Of a stretch of DNA of 64,000 nucleotides, positions 37,102-47,719 are shown piece after piece. Position 1 is the first letter of the stretch. Each line of letters opens with the position of its first letter. The DNA is from an uncultured Fibrobacteraceae bacterium (GTDB taxonomy: Bacteria; Krumholzibacteriota; Krumholzibacteriia; LZORAL124-64-63). The stretch lies in contig CAYQTJ010000003.1 of the NCBI GenBank assembly GCA_964420395.1, forward strand, positions 715 to 64,714. The letters run 5' to 3'. The notes beneath the pieces were generated by a model. That model saw only the letters and a list, made by a program, of their open reading frames with translations, had not been told where the DNA came from and ran no database searches. Position numbers and translations under genes: made by a program.

Positions 37102-38643
37102 ATGCGACACTTGCTGACCGCTCTGGTCCTCGCCGGGGTCGCGCTGGCGGCCGTCCCGGCCGCGGCGCTCGACCGCGCCGGCTACGATGAACTGATGCAG
37201 ATCATGCAGGCGGCCCGCGCCGCGGAGGCCGACGTCTTCGCGCCGAGAGCCTGGGCGAAGGCCGAAGAGGCGCGCGCGAAGGCCGAGCAGGCCCTCGCCG
37301 CCGGGCGCAAACAGGAGCAGCTCGACAAGCAGGTGGCGGAGGCCCGCGAGTTCGTGGAGAACGCGCGCAAGGCCACGGACGTCTGCCGCCTGGCGCTGCA
37401 GCAGCACCTCCCCCCGCGCGACCGCGCCGTCGCGGCGCGCGCGGCCGAACTGGTGCCGGCGGTCTGGGGCGAGGCGCAGGCGCGCCTCCTGAAGGCCACG
37501 GCGCGGATCGAGTCGGGCGACGTGAAGGGGGGCCTGCAGGAGGCCGCCGCGGCGGCGCCGCTCTTCGACCGCGCCGAGCTCGAGGCGATCCGCGTGGCCG
37601 TGCTGGGCGAGGCCGATCGCCTCCTGGCGAAGGCCGAGCTGGACGAGGCCGGCAAGTACGCCCTGGCCACGCTCGACCGCGCCCGCACGGCCCGCCGCGA
37701 CGCGGACGTCATCCTCACCGCCGACCGCACGCGCCGCGAGGTCGCGGAGAAGGCTGCCGCCGAGGCCGCGTACGAGGCGCGCCACGCCTCCACGATCGCG
37801 CAGTCGGTCCGCTCGCTCGCGCGCAACGACCAGGCGTGGGAGAAGCTGATGCTGCTCTACGAGATCCAGATGGACCGCGCCGGCGCGGCCTTCGGCCTCG
37901 CCCGGCTCCCCTTCGACGAGGGGCCGCAGGCCGCCGCCGACACCCTCGTGGCGCGCGCCCGCGCCGCGCGCGACGCCAACGCCGCGCTGGCGCGCGGGAG
38001 CGGCGAGGTCACGCAGCGCCTGCGGGCCACCGTGGCGAGGCTCGGCGCCGCCGCCGACGCCGGCGACGCCGCCGCCCTCGCGGAGCGGCTCGACCGCCGC
38101 CTCGACGAGCTGCTGGCCGAAAACCGCGGCCTCGCCGCCGACATCGAGGGCGAGCGCGCCCGCCTCGCCGCGCTGTCGCAGGAGCACGCCGCCGTGGCCG
38201 ACCAGCTCTCGGCGCGCGTCGAGCGGGAGGCGAAGTTCCGCCGGGCCAAGGACCTGATCACCGCGGTCGAGGGCGACGTGCTCTACACGGCCACGAACGA
38301 CGTACTGCTGCGTCTCTCCGGGCTCGCCTTCGAAAGCGGCAGCAGCGAACTGCGCGACACGCAGATCCCGCTGCTCGAGAAGGTGAAGGAGATCGTGCGC
38401 CAGTACGAGGGCGCCCGCATCGTCGTCGAGGGCCACACCGACGCCGCCGGCGACCCCGGCGCCAACCAGCGCCTGTCCGAGCGGCGCGCGACGGCGGTGG
38501 TGCAGTACCTGCGCAACGCGCTCGACCTGCCCGCCGAGCGCATCCAGGCCATCGGCTTCGGCTCGGAGCGCCCCGTGGCCTCCAACCAGTCCGCGGAGGG
38601 CCGCGCCCGGAACCGTCGCATCGACGTGGTGATCATGCGGTAG
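37102..38643 (+). CDS. OmpA-family protein (long coiled-coil region + C-terminal OmpA/MotB peptidoglycan-binding domain)
   Basis: Signal peptide. Ala/Glu-rich helical region. C-terminal VEGHTD...GSE.YNQ.LSERRA.AV motif. GAAGGAGG RBS. Confidence 0.8.
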   Translation: MRHLLTALVLAGVALAAVPAAALDRAGYDELMQIMQAARAAEADVFAPRAWAKAEEARAKAEQALAAGRKQEQLDKQVAEAREFVENARKATDVCRLALQQHLPPRDRAVAARAAELVPAVWGEAQARLLKATARIESGDVKGGLQEAAAAAPLFDRAELEAIRVAVLGEADRLLAKAELDEAGKYALATLDRARTARRDADVILTADRTRREVAEKAAAEAAYEARHASTIAQSVRSLARNDQAWEKLMLLYEIQMDRAGAAFGLARLPFDEGPQAAADTLVARARAARDANAALARGSGEVTQRLRATVARLGAAADAGDAAALAERLDRRLDELLAENRGLAADIEGERARLAALSQEHAAVADQLSARVEREAKFRRAKDLITAVEGDVLYTATNDVLLRLSGLAFESGSSELRDTQIPLLEKVKEIVRQYEGARIVVEGHTDAAGDPGANQRLSERRATAVVQYLRNALDLPAERIQAIGFGSERPVASNQSAEGRARNRRIDVVIMR

Positions 38644-38773
38644 CGGCCGGCCTGATCCACAGCCTGCTCGTGCCCGGGCTGACGCCGGGAGCCACCCGCT
38701 GCTTCGCGCTCAGGTCGGGCGACGACGCGGGGAAGCAGCCGATCCGCGTCCACGTGCACCGGATCCCGACGCC

Positions 38774-39106
38774 TCACGGCTCGCAGATCGCGTCGTCGGT
38801 GCCGGTCAGGGCGACGAGCTCGCGACCGCGCGCGAACTTCTCGCGCAGGTCGGCTTCGGGAAGCGTGTCGGCGTCGCTTGCCCAGCGCGCGTCGCCATGG
38901 TCGAAGCGGAACAGGCGCCCCGCGTCGTCCACCCACCAGCCGCTCAACTGGTAACCCCACGCCTCGTTGTGCCAGGTGACGTCGAAAAGCGGCTTTCCGG
39001 AGTCCTGCGCGTCGGGGGCGCAGCGCGTCTCATGGCCGCACCCCGGCAACAGCCAGCCACCAAGGCCGACCACGAGCGTGGCCAGAGGCCACGGTCCGCG
39101 TCGCAT
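38774..39106 (-). CDS. Small hypothetical lipoprotein
   Basis: Start MRRGPWPLATLVVGLGGWLLPGC with GGAGG RBS 6 nt upstream. Lipobox LLPGC. Confidence 0.4.
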   Translation of the reverse strand: MRRGPWPLATLVVGLGGWLLPGCGHETRCAPDAQDSGKPLFDVTWHNEAWGYQLSGWWVDDAGRLFRFDHGDARWASDADTLPEADLREKFARGRELVALTGTDDAICEP

Positions 39107-39354
39107 GCCCATCCTCCGCTGCAGGCTCCGGGGCGTGCCCCGCCGACCCTCGGCGAGGCTGCGATCATACCGCTCCCCCGCCCCCCAGGTGGGGTGATCG
39201 TGAATTCTCAGCAAAAACGAGTGATTTACTCCTATTCAATCGTTTCACCCCGGCCGTACGATCCGAAACAGGCGCCGCATCGCGTGCCGCCCCCGATCCG
39301 ATGTCGTTCGCGCGCCGGATCGGCTCCCACCACCGTGCCACCGAGGAGAAACCC

Positions 39355-42153
39355 ATGCCATCACGAGTGAAGACCGCCCTGGCGGTGATCTCGCTGCTCC
39401 TTCTGCCCGCCCTGGCCGCGGCGCAGTGCGAAGATTGGATGCGGGGTCCGATGGACGACGGCACCCTGCCCAACGGCTCGAACGGCTACATCTACGACTC
39501 CATCGCCTGGGACCCCGACGGCGCCGGGCCGCTCCTGGAGCGGCTGGTGGTGGCGGGGAACTTCACCGCGATCGCGGGGGTGGCGGCGCAGAACATCGCC
39601 CAGTACGACCCCTCCACGGCGGTGTGGTCCCCGTTCGGGAGCGGCATCGCGCCGACCGTGTACTGCCTGGCCGAGTTCAACGGCCAGATCGTCGCCGGCT
39701 GCGATGGCGACAACAACGTCGGCACGTTCGATCAGACCGTGCGGCGCTGGACCGGCAGCGCCTGGGAGGGCCTCTCGGCGACCAACACCGGCAACGTGCA
39801 CGACATGATCGTGTACAACGGCACGCTCTACATCGCCGGCACCTTCGTGACGCAGTTCGTGACGCAGGCCAGCAACCCGGCTCACTACATCGCACGCTGG
39901 AACGCCGCGGCGAACCTGTGGGATGACGTCGAAGAGGCCGATTTCGGGACGCAGACGAACACCGCCGTACGCGCGCTCGAGATCTACAACGGGGACCTCT
40001 ACGCCGCCGGCTACAAGGTCGACACCAGCTTCCCCTCGGGGAGCGCCATCCACATCACGCACGGCAACAGCGCCGCGCTCTGGACCGCCATCACCGACGG
40101 CGCCGACTCGGGCGCCGTCTACGATCTGGCCGTCTTTGCCGGCGAGCTGCTGGTCGCCGGCGGCTTCTATGCGATCAACGGCGTCGTCTGCAGCAACTTC
40201 GCCGGCTGGAACGGAAGCGCCTTCCACCCCTTCCAGAACGGCGTCGACAGCCCGGGCACCGCCGCCGCCACGATCTGGAGCGTGACCATCCACGACGGCA
40301 TCGTCATCGCGGGCGACTTCATCACGGCCGGCAGCGTGACCGCGAACCGGGTCGCCTTCTGGCCCCCCGGCGGCTCCGCCTGGCAAGCCCTGGCCGCGGG
40401 CATCGACGACACGGTCTACGACGTCTGCTCGTACCGCAACGAACTGATCGCCGTCGGCGCCTTCACCTACGCAGGCGGTCCCGCAAACGACATCGCCCAT
40501 TGGAACGGCACCCAGTGGGCCCCCTTCGGCGGCGGCTCCGCGGCCTACGTGCTGGCCTACACGACCTATGCCGGACGGGTCGTGGCCGGCGGTTCGTTCC
40601 AGCAGCCGACGCTCGGACTCGGAACGGCCAACAACGTCGCCGGCTGGAGCGGCGGCGCATTGAGCGCGTTCGGCACCGGCATGAACAGCGCCGTCTACGC
40701 GCTCGAGGCCTTCAAGTACCCGGGAATCAACGGGTCGAACGAGCTGATCGCCGGCGGCCTGTTCACGACGGCGGGCGGCGTGAGCGCGCTGCGCATCGCG
40801 CGCTGGAACGAGCGCCCCAACGTCGCCTTCCCGCCCCCGGCCTGGGAGGCGATGGGCGCCGGCTTCAATTTCAACGTCTATGCCATCGAGCGCATGGGCG
40901 GCACGACGTACGCCGGCGGCAACTTCACGCTCTCGGGCGCCACGAATGTCGGCCGCATCGCGCGCTGGAACGAAACGTCCGACGTCTGGGAAAACCTCAG
41001 CGCCCTGGGCGGCATGAACGGCGACGTGTACGCCCTGAAGGAGTTCAACGGCTCGCTCTATGCCGGCGGCACCTTCACGTCGGCCGGCGGCAGCGCCACC
41101 GGCGGGCTGGCCCGCTGGACCGGAACCAGTTGGGCCCAGGTCGGCGGCTACTTCAACGGCTGGGTGTTCGCGCTGGAGGTCTACGACGGCAGCCTCATCA
41201 TCGGCGGCCAGTTCCCCGGCCTGCCCGAAGGCACGAACATCGCCCGCTACGATGGGGCCAACTACTACAACCTGGGCACGGGCGGCATCAACTCCGCCGG
41301 GGTGCGGGCCCTCAAGGTCAACGGCAACCGCCTGTACGCCGGCGGCGCCTTCACCAGCGCGGGCGGCGTGACGGTCAACAACCTGGCCTGGTGGGACGGG
41401 GCCGCCTGGCATGACGCCAGCGGCGGCGCGAACAACGTGGTCTGGGCGCTCGGCAGCCTCTTCAACGAAGTCCATGTCGGCGGCGAGTTCGGCGCCGTGG
41501 AGGCGGGAGCGACGTTCAGCCCCCGCTGGGCGCGGTACACTGAAACCGGACTCCCCTGGATCTCCCTGAATCCCTCCCCGTTCTCGCAGACGCTGGACCT
41601 GGGCGTGACGACCTCTTTCTCGGCCTCGGCCGGCGGCGGCTTCCCGGGACTGGGCTACCAGTGGACGCACAACGACGTGCCCCTGGTCGACGGGCCGCAG
41701 CTCTACGGCTCCACGATCAGCGGCGCCACGACGCAGGTGCTGACGATCGGCAACGTCGTCTTCTCGGACCAGGGCGCGTACCGGATGGTCGTGACGAACG
41801 GCTGCGGCAGCGTCACCAGCGCTCCCGGGTCACTCAACCTGCAGGCGACCGGGGCGGGCCCGGACGAGCGGGGCGTCAGCGTCTTCCGCTCGATCGGCCC
41901 CAACCCCAGCGGCGGCGAAACCACGCTCTCCTTCTCGCTGGCGCAGAGCGCCGACGTGCGCTTCGCGGTGCACGACCTGCGCGGACGGCTGGTGCGCGAG
42001 GTGAAGATGGGCCGGCTGCCCTCCGGCCGCTTCGAGGCCCGCTGGGACACGCGTGACAATCAGGGCGGCAACGTCGCCGCCGGCGTCTACTTTGCCAGCA
42101 TCGAACTGGATGGACAGCGCCTTGGCGCGAAGCGCGTGACGATCGTGCGCTGA
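39355..42153 (+). CDS. Second giant secreted beta-propeller repeat protein with an Ig-like domain and a C-terminal T9SS/FlgD-Ig-like sorting domain
   Basis: Start MPSRVKTALAVISLLLLPALAAAQC with GAGGAG RBS. Same repeat class as 30664-34176. Ig-like LGYQWTHNDVPL...QGAYRMVVTNGCG. C-terminal domain ends KRVTIVR. Confidence 0.7.
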   Translation: MPSRVKTALAVISLLLLPALAAAQCEDWMRGPMDDGTLPNGSNGYIYDSIAWDPDGAGPLLERLVVAGNFTAIAGVAAQNIAQYDPSTAVWSPFGSGIAPTVYCLAEFNGQIVAGCDGDNNVGTFDQTVRRWTGSAWEGLSATNTGNVHDMIVYNGTLYIAGTFVTQFVTQASNPAHYIARWNAAANLWDDVEEADFGTQTNTAVRALEIYNGDLYAAGYKVDTSFPSGSAIHITHGNSAALWTAITDGADSGAVYDLAVFAGELLVAGGFYAINGVVCSNFAGWNGSAFHPFQNGVDSPGTAAATIWSVTIHDGIVIAGDFITAGSVTANRVAFWPPGGSAWQALAAGIDDTVYDVCSYRNELIAVGAFTYAGGPANDIAHWNGTQWAPFGGGSAAYVLAYTTYAGRVVAGGSFQQPTLGLGTANNVAGWSGGALSAFGTGMNSAVYALEAFKYPGINGSNELIAGGLFTTAGGVSALRIARWNERPNVAFPPPAWEAMGAGFNFNVYAIERMGGTTYAGGNFTLSGATNVGRIARWNETSDVWENLSALGGMNGDVYALKEFNGSLYAGGTFTSAGGSATGGLARWTGTSWAQVGGYFNGWVFALEVYDGSLIIGGQFPGLPEGTNIARYDGANYYNLGTGGINSAGVRALKVNGNRLYAGGAFTSAGGVTVNNLAWWDGAAWHDASGGANNVVWALGSLFNEVHVGGEFGAVEAGATFSPRWARYTETGLPWISLNPSPFSQTLDLGVTTSFSASAGGGFPGLGYQWTHNDVPLVDGPQLYGSTISGATTQVLTIGNVVFSDQGAYRMVVTNGCGSVTSAPGSLNLQATGAGPDERGVSVFRSIGPNPSGGETTLSFSLAQSADVRFAVHDLRGRLVREVKMGRLPSGRFEARWDTRDNQGGNVAAGVYFASIELDGQRLGAKRVTIVR

Positions 42154-42280
42154 GCGCGCGGGGGCGGGGACGGCGTTCGCGCGCGACGGCAGCGCGATCC
42201 ACGTCGACGCGCGACCGCCGCCCCCCCGCCTCTCCCGGGAACTTCGTCGGCCTTGCGCCCGTTGCGGTTACGGGCGCGGA

Positions 42281-44377
42281 TCACTTGACCAACATCAGCT
42301 TCCGCTCGCTCCGCCCGGCGGCCGTGACGAGGCGCGCGACGTAGACGCCCGAGGCCACCGGACGCCCGCCGGCGTCGTGCCCGTCCCAGGCCGCGACATG
42401 CTCGCCCGCCGTCAGCCGCGCCGAGACCAGGGTGGCGACCAGGCGCCCGCGGGCGTCGTGGATCGCCAGCTCGACCGGCCCGTCCTCGGCGAGCGCGAAG
42501 CGCAGGTCCGTGCGGGGATTGAACGGGTTGGGGCGACCGGGCAGCAGGCGGCTACCCACGACCGCCGGCGGCCCCCCGACGCCGACCGGCGCCCAGGCGC
42601 GCGCCTCGATCCGCGCCTGCACCGCGGCCAGGATCTCCGGCCAGGCGGCCTCGTCGATCGGGAATCCGTATTCGGTCGCGAAGAAGTCGCGCTGGTCCTC
42701 GCCCGACGAGGCGGTCATGGCCGCCACCAGCCAGGTGGCCTGCTTCTCGAGCGAATCCATGGCGATCGGGATCGGATCGGTGGCCGGCAGGAAGGTGCTG
42801 AACAGGTCGTACCAGCACTTCAGACCGTACCGGTCCACCATCTCGAGCAGGATGCCGTCCACGATGTCAGGATCGATGGTGGCGTAGTCGCGACCGGCGC
42901 CGCGGTAGGCGTCGAGAGCGGCGTAGAAGCCGTCCACGTAGCCGACGTAGTGGGCGTCGATGTCGTCGAGCGCCTGCGGGCCCAGTCCGGTCGGCGCGCT
43001 GACGATCAGCCGCCACGACCACATCGCCGCGAGCGAGGCGAGCCCCTCGCTGTAGGCCGAGTTGTGGGATGGCGACGGTGTCCACAGGTACATGTTGAAC
43101 GAGTTGCAGGAGGCCGTGAAGTTGTGCCCCAGCTCGTGCCAGAGCACGAACCACTGCGGCCGTCGGTCCGCCGGGTCGTTGATGATGTAGCAGCTGTTGT
43201 GGACCGGCTGGCCCCAGGTCCAGCCCAGGCGCAGCGGGTTGCCGCTCGCCCCGCACACCGACGTCACGGGGTCGCTGGCCACGTCGAGCACCAGGTATTG
43301 CCGGCCGGCGTCGGCGTGCGCCGCGCCCACGCCGCCTCTCTGCGCCATGTAGGCAAGATCGGTGGCCTCCACCACCTGGAAGTCCCCGGTGATCGCGCCG
43401 AGGTCGACGCCCTCGATCAGGTCGGGCAGGCAGAAGGTCAGGTTCGACGTGGCGCGGTCGCGCAGGGTGACGCCCACGTCCACCGCGTTCACCCGGATGA
43501 CCGCCGAATTGGCGGCCATGACGCCGTCGGCCCACACCTCGATGTAGGGGGTCTGCCAGTGCTCGACGGGGGGCGCGACGGCCGTGACGAGGCCGTCCGC
43601 GTCCACGGTCGCCACGGCGTCGTTCGTGCTGTGGTAGGTGAAAGCATGCCCGGCGTTCGGGAGCACGTTGCCGGCGGCGTCGCGCAGCTCGACCTGCAGC
43701 TGCCCGGTGGCCGGGCCCGACGGGCAGAGGATCAGGATTGGCGTGGTGACCGCGATCGCGGCCGGGGGCGTGTAGGGCAGCGGCGCGGCGGCGGCGACGG
43801 CGGTGTCGTCGTTGCCGTTCGCGTGGACTCCCCCGACAATGCGGAACGTCCCGCAATTCCAGTTGAAGGCGGCCGGGTTGTCGATCTGGTGCAGCCAGAC
43901 ACGGATGCGGATGGTGCTGCCGTCGATCGTGACGACGCCGTCGCCGCCGCCCGGCGCCGCCCCGGTCACGTCCACCCACCCCCCGCCATAGGTCTGCCCG
44001 ATGACCGCGCGCACGTTGAACTCGCTGCCGACGTCCCCATGCGGTTGCCCGGTCGCGGGATCCTGGTCGGTGTCCACGAACCAGAGGTAGGTCTGGACAT
44101 CGTCGGGGTCCGGCAGAGCCGTCGGCAGCGGGCCGCGCAACTGCATCGTTAAGGTGAGCTGTCCGCCCTCCTGCTCGATCGCCGCGGCCAGGATGTCGAG
44201 CGAGGCCTCCACCGCCGGGTGCTCGGGGTCGGTCAGATTCCCGATTGGAGTTCCCCCCGACGCCGCGACAGGAACGAGAGCGAGCGCGGCCGGGAGCAGG
44301 GCGCGGCGCACGGCCTGACGCAGGGCATGGCTGCGAGTTCGGCACGGATGGCGGCGAAGGGGCCGGAGAACGCTCAC
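42281..44377 (-). CDS. Secreted HExxH protein (putative zinc metalloprotease) with a C-terminal T9SS/FlgD-Ig-like sorting domain
   Basis: Signal-like N-terminus. VLWHELGHNF. C-terminal NPFNPRTDLRFAL...GVYVARLVTAAGRSERKLMLVK. Confidence 0.6.
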   Translation of the reverse strand: MSVLRPLRRHPCRTRSHALRQAVRRALLPAALALVPVAASGGTPIGNLTDPEHPAVEASLDILAAAIEQEGGQLTLTMQLRGPLPTALPDPDDVQTYLWFVDTDQDPATGQPHGDVGSEFNVRAVIGQTYGGGWVDVTGAAPGGGDGVVTIDGSTIRIRVWLHQIDNPAAFNWNCGTFRIVGGVHANGNDDTAVAAAAPLPYTPPAAIAVTTPILILCPSGPATGQLQVELRDAAGNVLPNAGHAFTYHSTNDAVATVDADGLVTAVAPPVEHWQTPYIEVWADGVMAANSAVIRVNAVDVGVTLRDRATSNLTFCLPDLIEGVDLGAITGDFQVVEATDLAYMAQRGGVGAAHADAGRQYLVLDVASDPVTSVCGASGNPLRLGWTWGQPVHNSCYIINDPADRRPQWFVLWHELGHNFTASCNSFNMYLWTPSPSHNSAYSEGLASLAAMWSWRLIVSAPTGLGPQALDDIDAHYVGYVDGFYAALDAYRGAGRDYATIDPDIVDGILLEMVDRYGLKCWYDLFSTFLPATDPIPIAMDSLEKQATWLVAAMTASSGEDQRDFFATEYGFPIDEAAWPEILAAVQARIEARAWAPVGVGGPPAVVGSRLLPGRPNPFNPRTDLRFALAEDGPVELAIHDARGRLVATLVSARLTAGEHVAAWDGHDAGGRPVASGVYVARLVTAAGRSERKLMLVK

Positions 44378-44680
44378 GGCGCGCCTCCTCGGATCACGGT
44401 TGCAATCTCCGGGTGCTGGGGGCGGCGGGGAGCCTCCACGAACCTCTGCAACACACGATTATGCGGCCGCGGGCTCGCTGGTGTCAATCGGGCGAGACCG
44501 GCGGCCAGCCCCAGACCCTGAAGAATGACCTGCCCGCTCCATTCGCGGGCAGGGGATCGGGCGGGCCGGTCGCGACGCCGGCGCCAAACTGAAAACAGAC
44601 CTCCATTAGCCGCTTCTCTGCTATCATCGCCGGGGGGTTCTCGCTGTCGCCTGGCGACTCATGCCGAGGGGAGAGTTTCC

Positions 44681-45556
44681 ATGAATCGAACGTGCCCGTT
44701 GCGCCGCGGTTTGCCGACCCTGACCGCCCTGCTGCTGGTCCTGCTGGTCCCCGGGTGCGGGGGCGACGATCCCACCACCCCCGTGCCCGATCCCGAGATC
44801 TCCCTGTCGCTGGAATGCGTCGGCGGGCTCATCGAGCTCACGGTCCGGAACTCCGGCGGTCCGACGGCGGAGCCCGACCTCCTCGTCGCCGCGTACGCCG
44901 ACGGGCAGAGCGACACGCTGCGCCTGGACCTCGGCGCCGACGAGCTGCTGACCTGTCTGCTGAGCAATGTCCACGGCGGCGTGACGGTCACCGATGAGAC
45001 GCGGGACATCACGGCGAGCGCGGACGACGGCCTCGCGGACTACTTCGCCGGTCTGATGGCATCCGTCGATCTGGGCGGGCTCATCCCGTCCCCCATCACC
45101 CGGTGGACCGTCGTCACGTGCGAGTACCCGATCTACCTCAGGAATTTCGCTTACGATCACTCGACATTCGCCTTGCTCCGCACGGACGACGGCCTGACCC
45201 TGCGGACCGTGTACAGCGGCATCACCGGGGACCTCTCGGCAGCCAGCCCTGAATGGCTGTGCCCGGACCTCACCGGGAGCATCGCCATCGCTTCCATCAC
45301 GGTCGAAACCCGGATCGACATCGGCGACGGGGACGATCCCCAGGTCACGCTCGGCGGCACCGAAGCGACGGTCAACGGCCTGCAGATCAACGTCGACGGG
45401 ACCTTCGGCTTCATCGTGGGATGGATCACCAACTGGTTCCAGGACACTTTCGTCACCGCGATGGCGGACGCCATCGAGTCGGTGATCAGCTACCAGGTCG
45501 GAGCCGACCTCAGCGAGCTGGTGATCGTGCAGTCCAGCTGCGCCGGCGGCGACTGA
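44681..45556 (+). CDS. Hypothetical lipoprotein upstream of the MacAB-like operon
   Basis: MNRTCPLRRGLPTLTALLLVLLVPGCGG lipobox. GAGGGGAGAG RBS. Confidence 0.5.
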   Translation: MNRTCPLRRGLPTLTALLLVLLVPGCGGDDPTTPVPDPEISLSLECVGGLIELTVRNSGGPTAEPDLLVAAYADGQSDTLRLDLGADELLTCLLSNVHGGVTVTDETRDITASADDGLADYFAGLMASVDLGGLIPSPITRWTVVTCEYPIYLRNFAYDHSTFALLRTDDGLTLRTVYSGITGDLSAASPEWLCPDLTGSIAIASITVETRIDIGDGDDPQVTLGGTEATVNGLQINVDGTFGFIVGWITNWFQDTFVTAMADAIESVISYQVGADLSELVIVQSSCAGGD

Positions 45557-45741
45557 AGGGCACGTCCTGACGGACCCGCGCCTGGCGCCGGCCGGCTGGA
45601 GGATTCCGGCAAGGCACCGGATGGGGATATTGGTGCCGACGGCAACCTGCCGCCCGCGATTCGCGTATTTCACCGGATTCGCTCCTGATATCACGGCGGC
45701 CCGGGCCCAGCGGCCGGCCGCACATTGGAGGCGCTCGCCAG

Positions 45742-46986
45742 ATGAAGAAGAAAACGCTGTGGATCGGCGCCGCGATCGTCGTGGTCGCCGGCGGAGTACT
45801 GGGGGCGCTGTCGCTCCGGGGGCACGACGAGAAGACGCTCGAGGTGCAGACCGCGAAGGCCGGTCGGCAGAAGATCGTGCAGAAGGTCCACGGCACCGGG
45901 AAGATCCAGCCCAAGACCCAGGTCAAGATCAGCGCCGACGTGAGCGCCAAGATCACGAAGCTGCCCGTGGTGGAGGGGCAGTGGGTGGAGAAGGGCGCGT
46001 TCCTGCTGGAACTGGACCGGGAGCGCTACCTGGCCGTGGTTGAGAGCGCCGAGGCGAACGTGCGTTCCGCCGAGGCCAACGCCACGCTGGTCCACGAGAA
46101 CCTGGTCCGCACCGAGCGGGAATTCGCCCGGTCCCGGGAGCTGGTGGGCCAGAACCTGGATTCGCAGGCGGTGTTCGAGGACAAGCAGGCGGCGTACCAG
46201 GTGGAGCGCGCCCGCTACGACGCGGCGAAGAACCAGGCGCAGCAGGCCAGGGCGGCGCTCAAGCAGGCGCGCGACGACCTGTCCAAGACCACGATCTACG
46301 CCCCCATGTCGGGGACCATCAGCGACCTGAACAAGGAAGTGGGGGAAATCGCCATCGGCTCCCAGTTCCAGCCGGACGTCATCCTGGTGATCGCGGACCT
46401 CTCGGCGATGGAGGCGCAGGTCAACGTCGACGAGAACGACATCGTCTCGATCGCGGTGGGCCAGGAGGTGGAGGTCGAGGTCGACGCGCTGCCCGACCAG
46501 GTGCTGAAAGGCGTGGTGAGCGAGATCGCCAACAGCGCCAACGTCGCCGGAGCCGGCTCGGCGGACCAGAAGACCGACTTCGAGACCAAGGTCAGCATCC
46601 AGGACCCGCCGGCGGCGCTCCGCCCCGGCATGACGGCCACGGCCGAGATCTTCACGAAGTCCAACGAGAGTGCCCTGAGCGTTCCCATCCAGAGCGTCGC
46701 GGTGAGGACGGTCGACCAGCTGGCGGTGAAGGGCGAGGACAGGAAGGAAGCGGAGGCGCGCTTCAAGGCCGACAAGGACGGCTTCGTCGAGATCGTCTTC
46801 TGCATCGACGGCGGGAAGGCGGTCGCCCGGCAGGTCAGGACCGGGATCCAGAGCGACGAGCTGATCGAGATTCTCGAGGGCATCGAGGAGGGTGACGAGG
46901 TCGTTACGGGCAGCTACCGCGCGATCTCCAAGGATCTCACCAACGGCGCGGTCGTCACGGTGAACAACCAGGCCAAACCGGAATAG
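45742..46986 (+). CDS. macA: Efflux ABC transporter periplasmic adaptor (HlyD/MacA family)
   Basis: N-terminal TM anchor, coiled-coil hairpin, and biotin-lipoyl-like and beta-barrel segments. Confidence 0.8.
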   Translation: MKKKTLWIGAAIVVVAGGVLGALSLRGHDEKTLEVQTAKAGRQKIVQKVHGTGKIQPKTQVKISADVSAKITKLPVVEGQWVEKGAFLLELDRERYLAVVESAEANVRSAEANATLVHENLVRTEREFARSRELVGQNLDSQAVFEDKQAAYQVERARYDAAKNQAQQARAALKQARDDLSKTTIYAPMSGTISDLNKEVGEIAIGSQFQPDVILVIADLSAMEAQVNVDENDIVSIAVGQEVEVEVDALPDQVLKGVVSEIANSANVAGAGSADQKTDFETKVSIQDPPAALRPGMTATAEIFTKSNESALSVPIQSVAVRTVDQLAVKGEDRKEAEARFKADKDGFVEIVFCIDGGKAVARQVRTGIQSDELIEILEGIEEGDEVVTGSYRAISKDLTNGAVVTVNNQAKPE

Positions 46987-46999
46987 GCGGACGAGGCGC

Positions 47000-47719
47000 G
47001 TGAATCGAAGCAGCGACAGCGGCCGGCCGGCGAACGGCGACACCCTCTCGCTCGAGGCCGTCGTGAAGACGTATGTCGTGGGCGGGGACGAGGTCCACGC
47101 GCTCCGCGGCGTGTCCCTGGTCATCCGTCGGAACGAATACGTGGCCGTCATGGGGCCGTCGGGATCCGGCAAGTCGACCCTCATGAACCTGATCGGCTGC
47201 CTGGACGTGCCCACCTCGGGGACGTATTCGCTGGAAGGCCAGATGGTCGCCAACATGTCCGAGTACCAGCTCGCGGACATCCGCAACCGGCGGATCGGAT
47301 TCGTGTTCCAGACCTTCAACCTGATCCCGCGGGCCAACATCTTCCACAACGTGGAGCTGCCCCTGATCTACGCCGGCATGAAGAAGTCGGAGCGCCGCGG
47401 CCACGTGGAAAGGGCCATCGAGCGGGTCGGGCTCGCGGACCGCATCCGGCACAAGCCCAACGAGCTGTCCGGGGGGCAGCGGCAGCGGGTGGCGATCGCG
47501 CGGGCGCTGGTCTGCAACCCGTCGATCGTCCTGGCCGACGAGCCCACGGGGAACCTCGACAGCAAGACCGGGGACGAGATCATGGCCATCCTCGACGAGC
47601 TGCACCGGGCCGGCCAGACCATCATCCTGGTGACCCACGAAGACTACATCGCCGAGCACGCGCTCCGTGTCGTCCGGCTGAAGGACGGCATGATCGAGAG
47701 CGACACGGCAACCGGGTGA
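47000..47719 (+). CDS. ABC transporter ATP-binding protein (MacB/LolD-like)
   Basis: Walker [25 protein letters not shown] signature. Walker [12 protein letters not shown]. Confidence 0.85.
   Translation: MNRSSDSGRPANGDTLSLEAVVKTYVVGGDEVHALRGVSLVIRRNEYVAVMGPSGSGKSTLMNLIGCLDVPTSGTYSLEGQMVANMSEYQLADIRNRRIGFVFQTFNLIPRANIFHNVELPLIYAGMKKSERRGHVERAIERVGLADRIRHKPNELSGGQRQRVAIARALVCNPSIVLADEPTGNLDSKTGDEIMAILDELHRAGQTIILVTHEDYIAEHALRVVRLKDGMIESDTATG

Noticed and set aside
35563-38436. 957-aa ORF on the minus strand spanning the methyltransferase and ompA loci
   Set aside because: Antisense to several supported plus-strand genes, with low-complexity Arg/Gly-rich composition.
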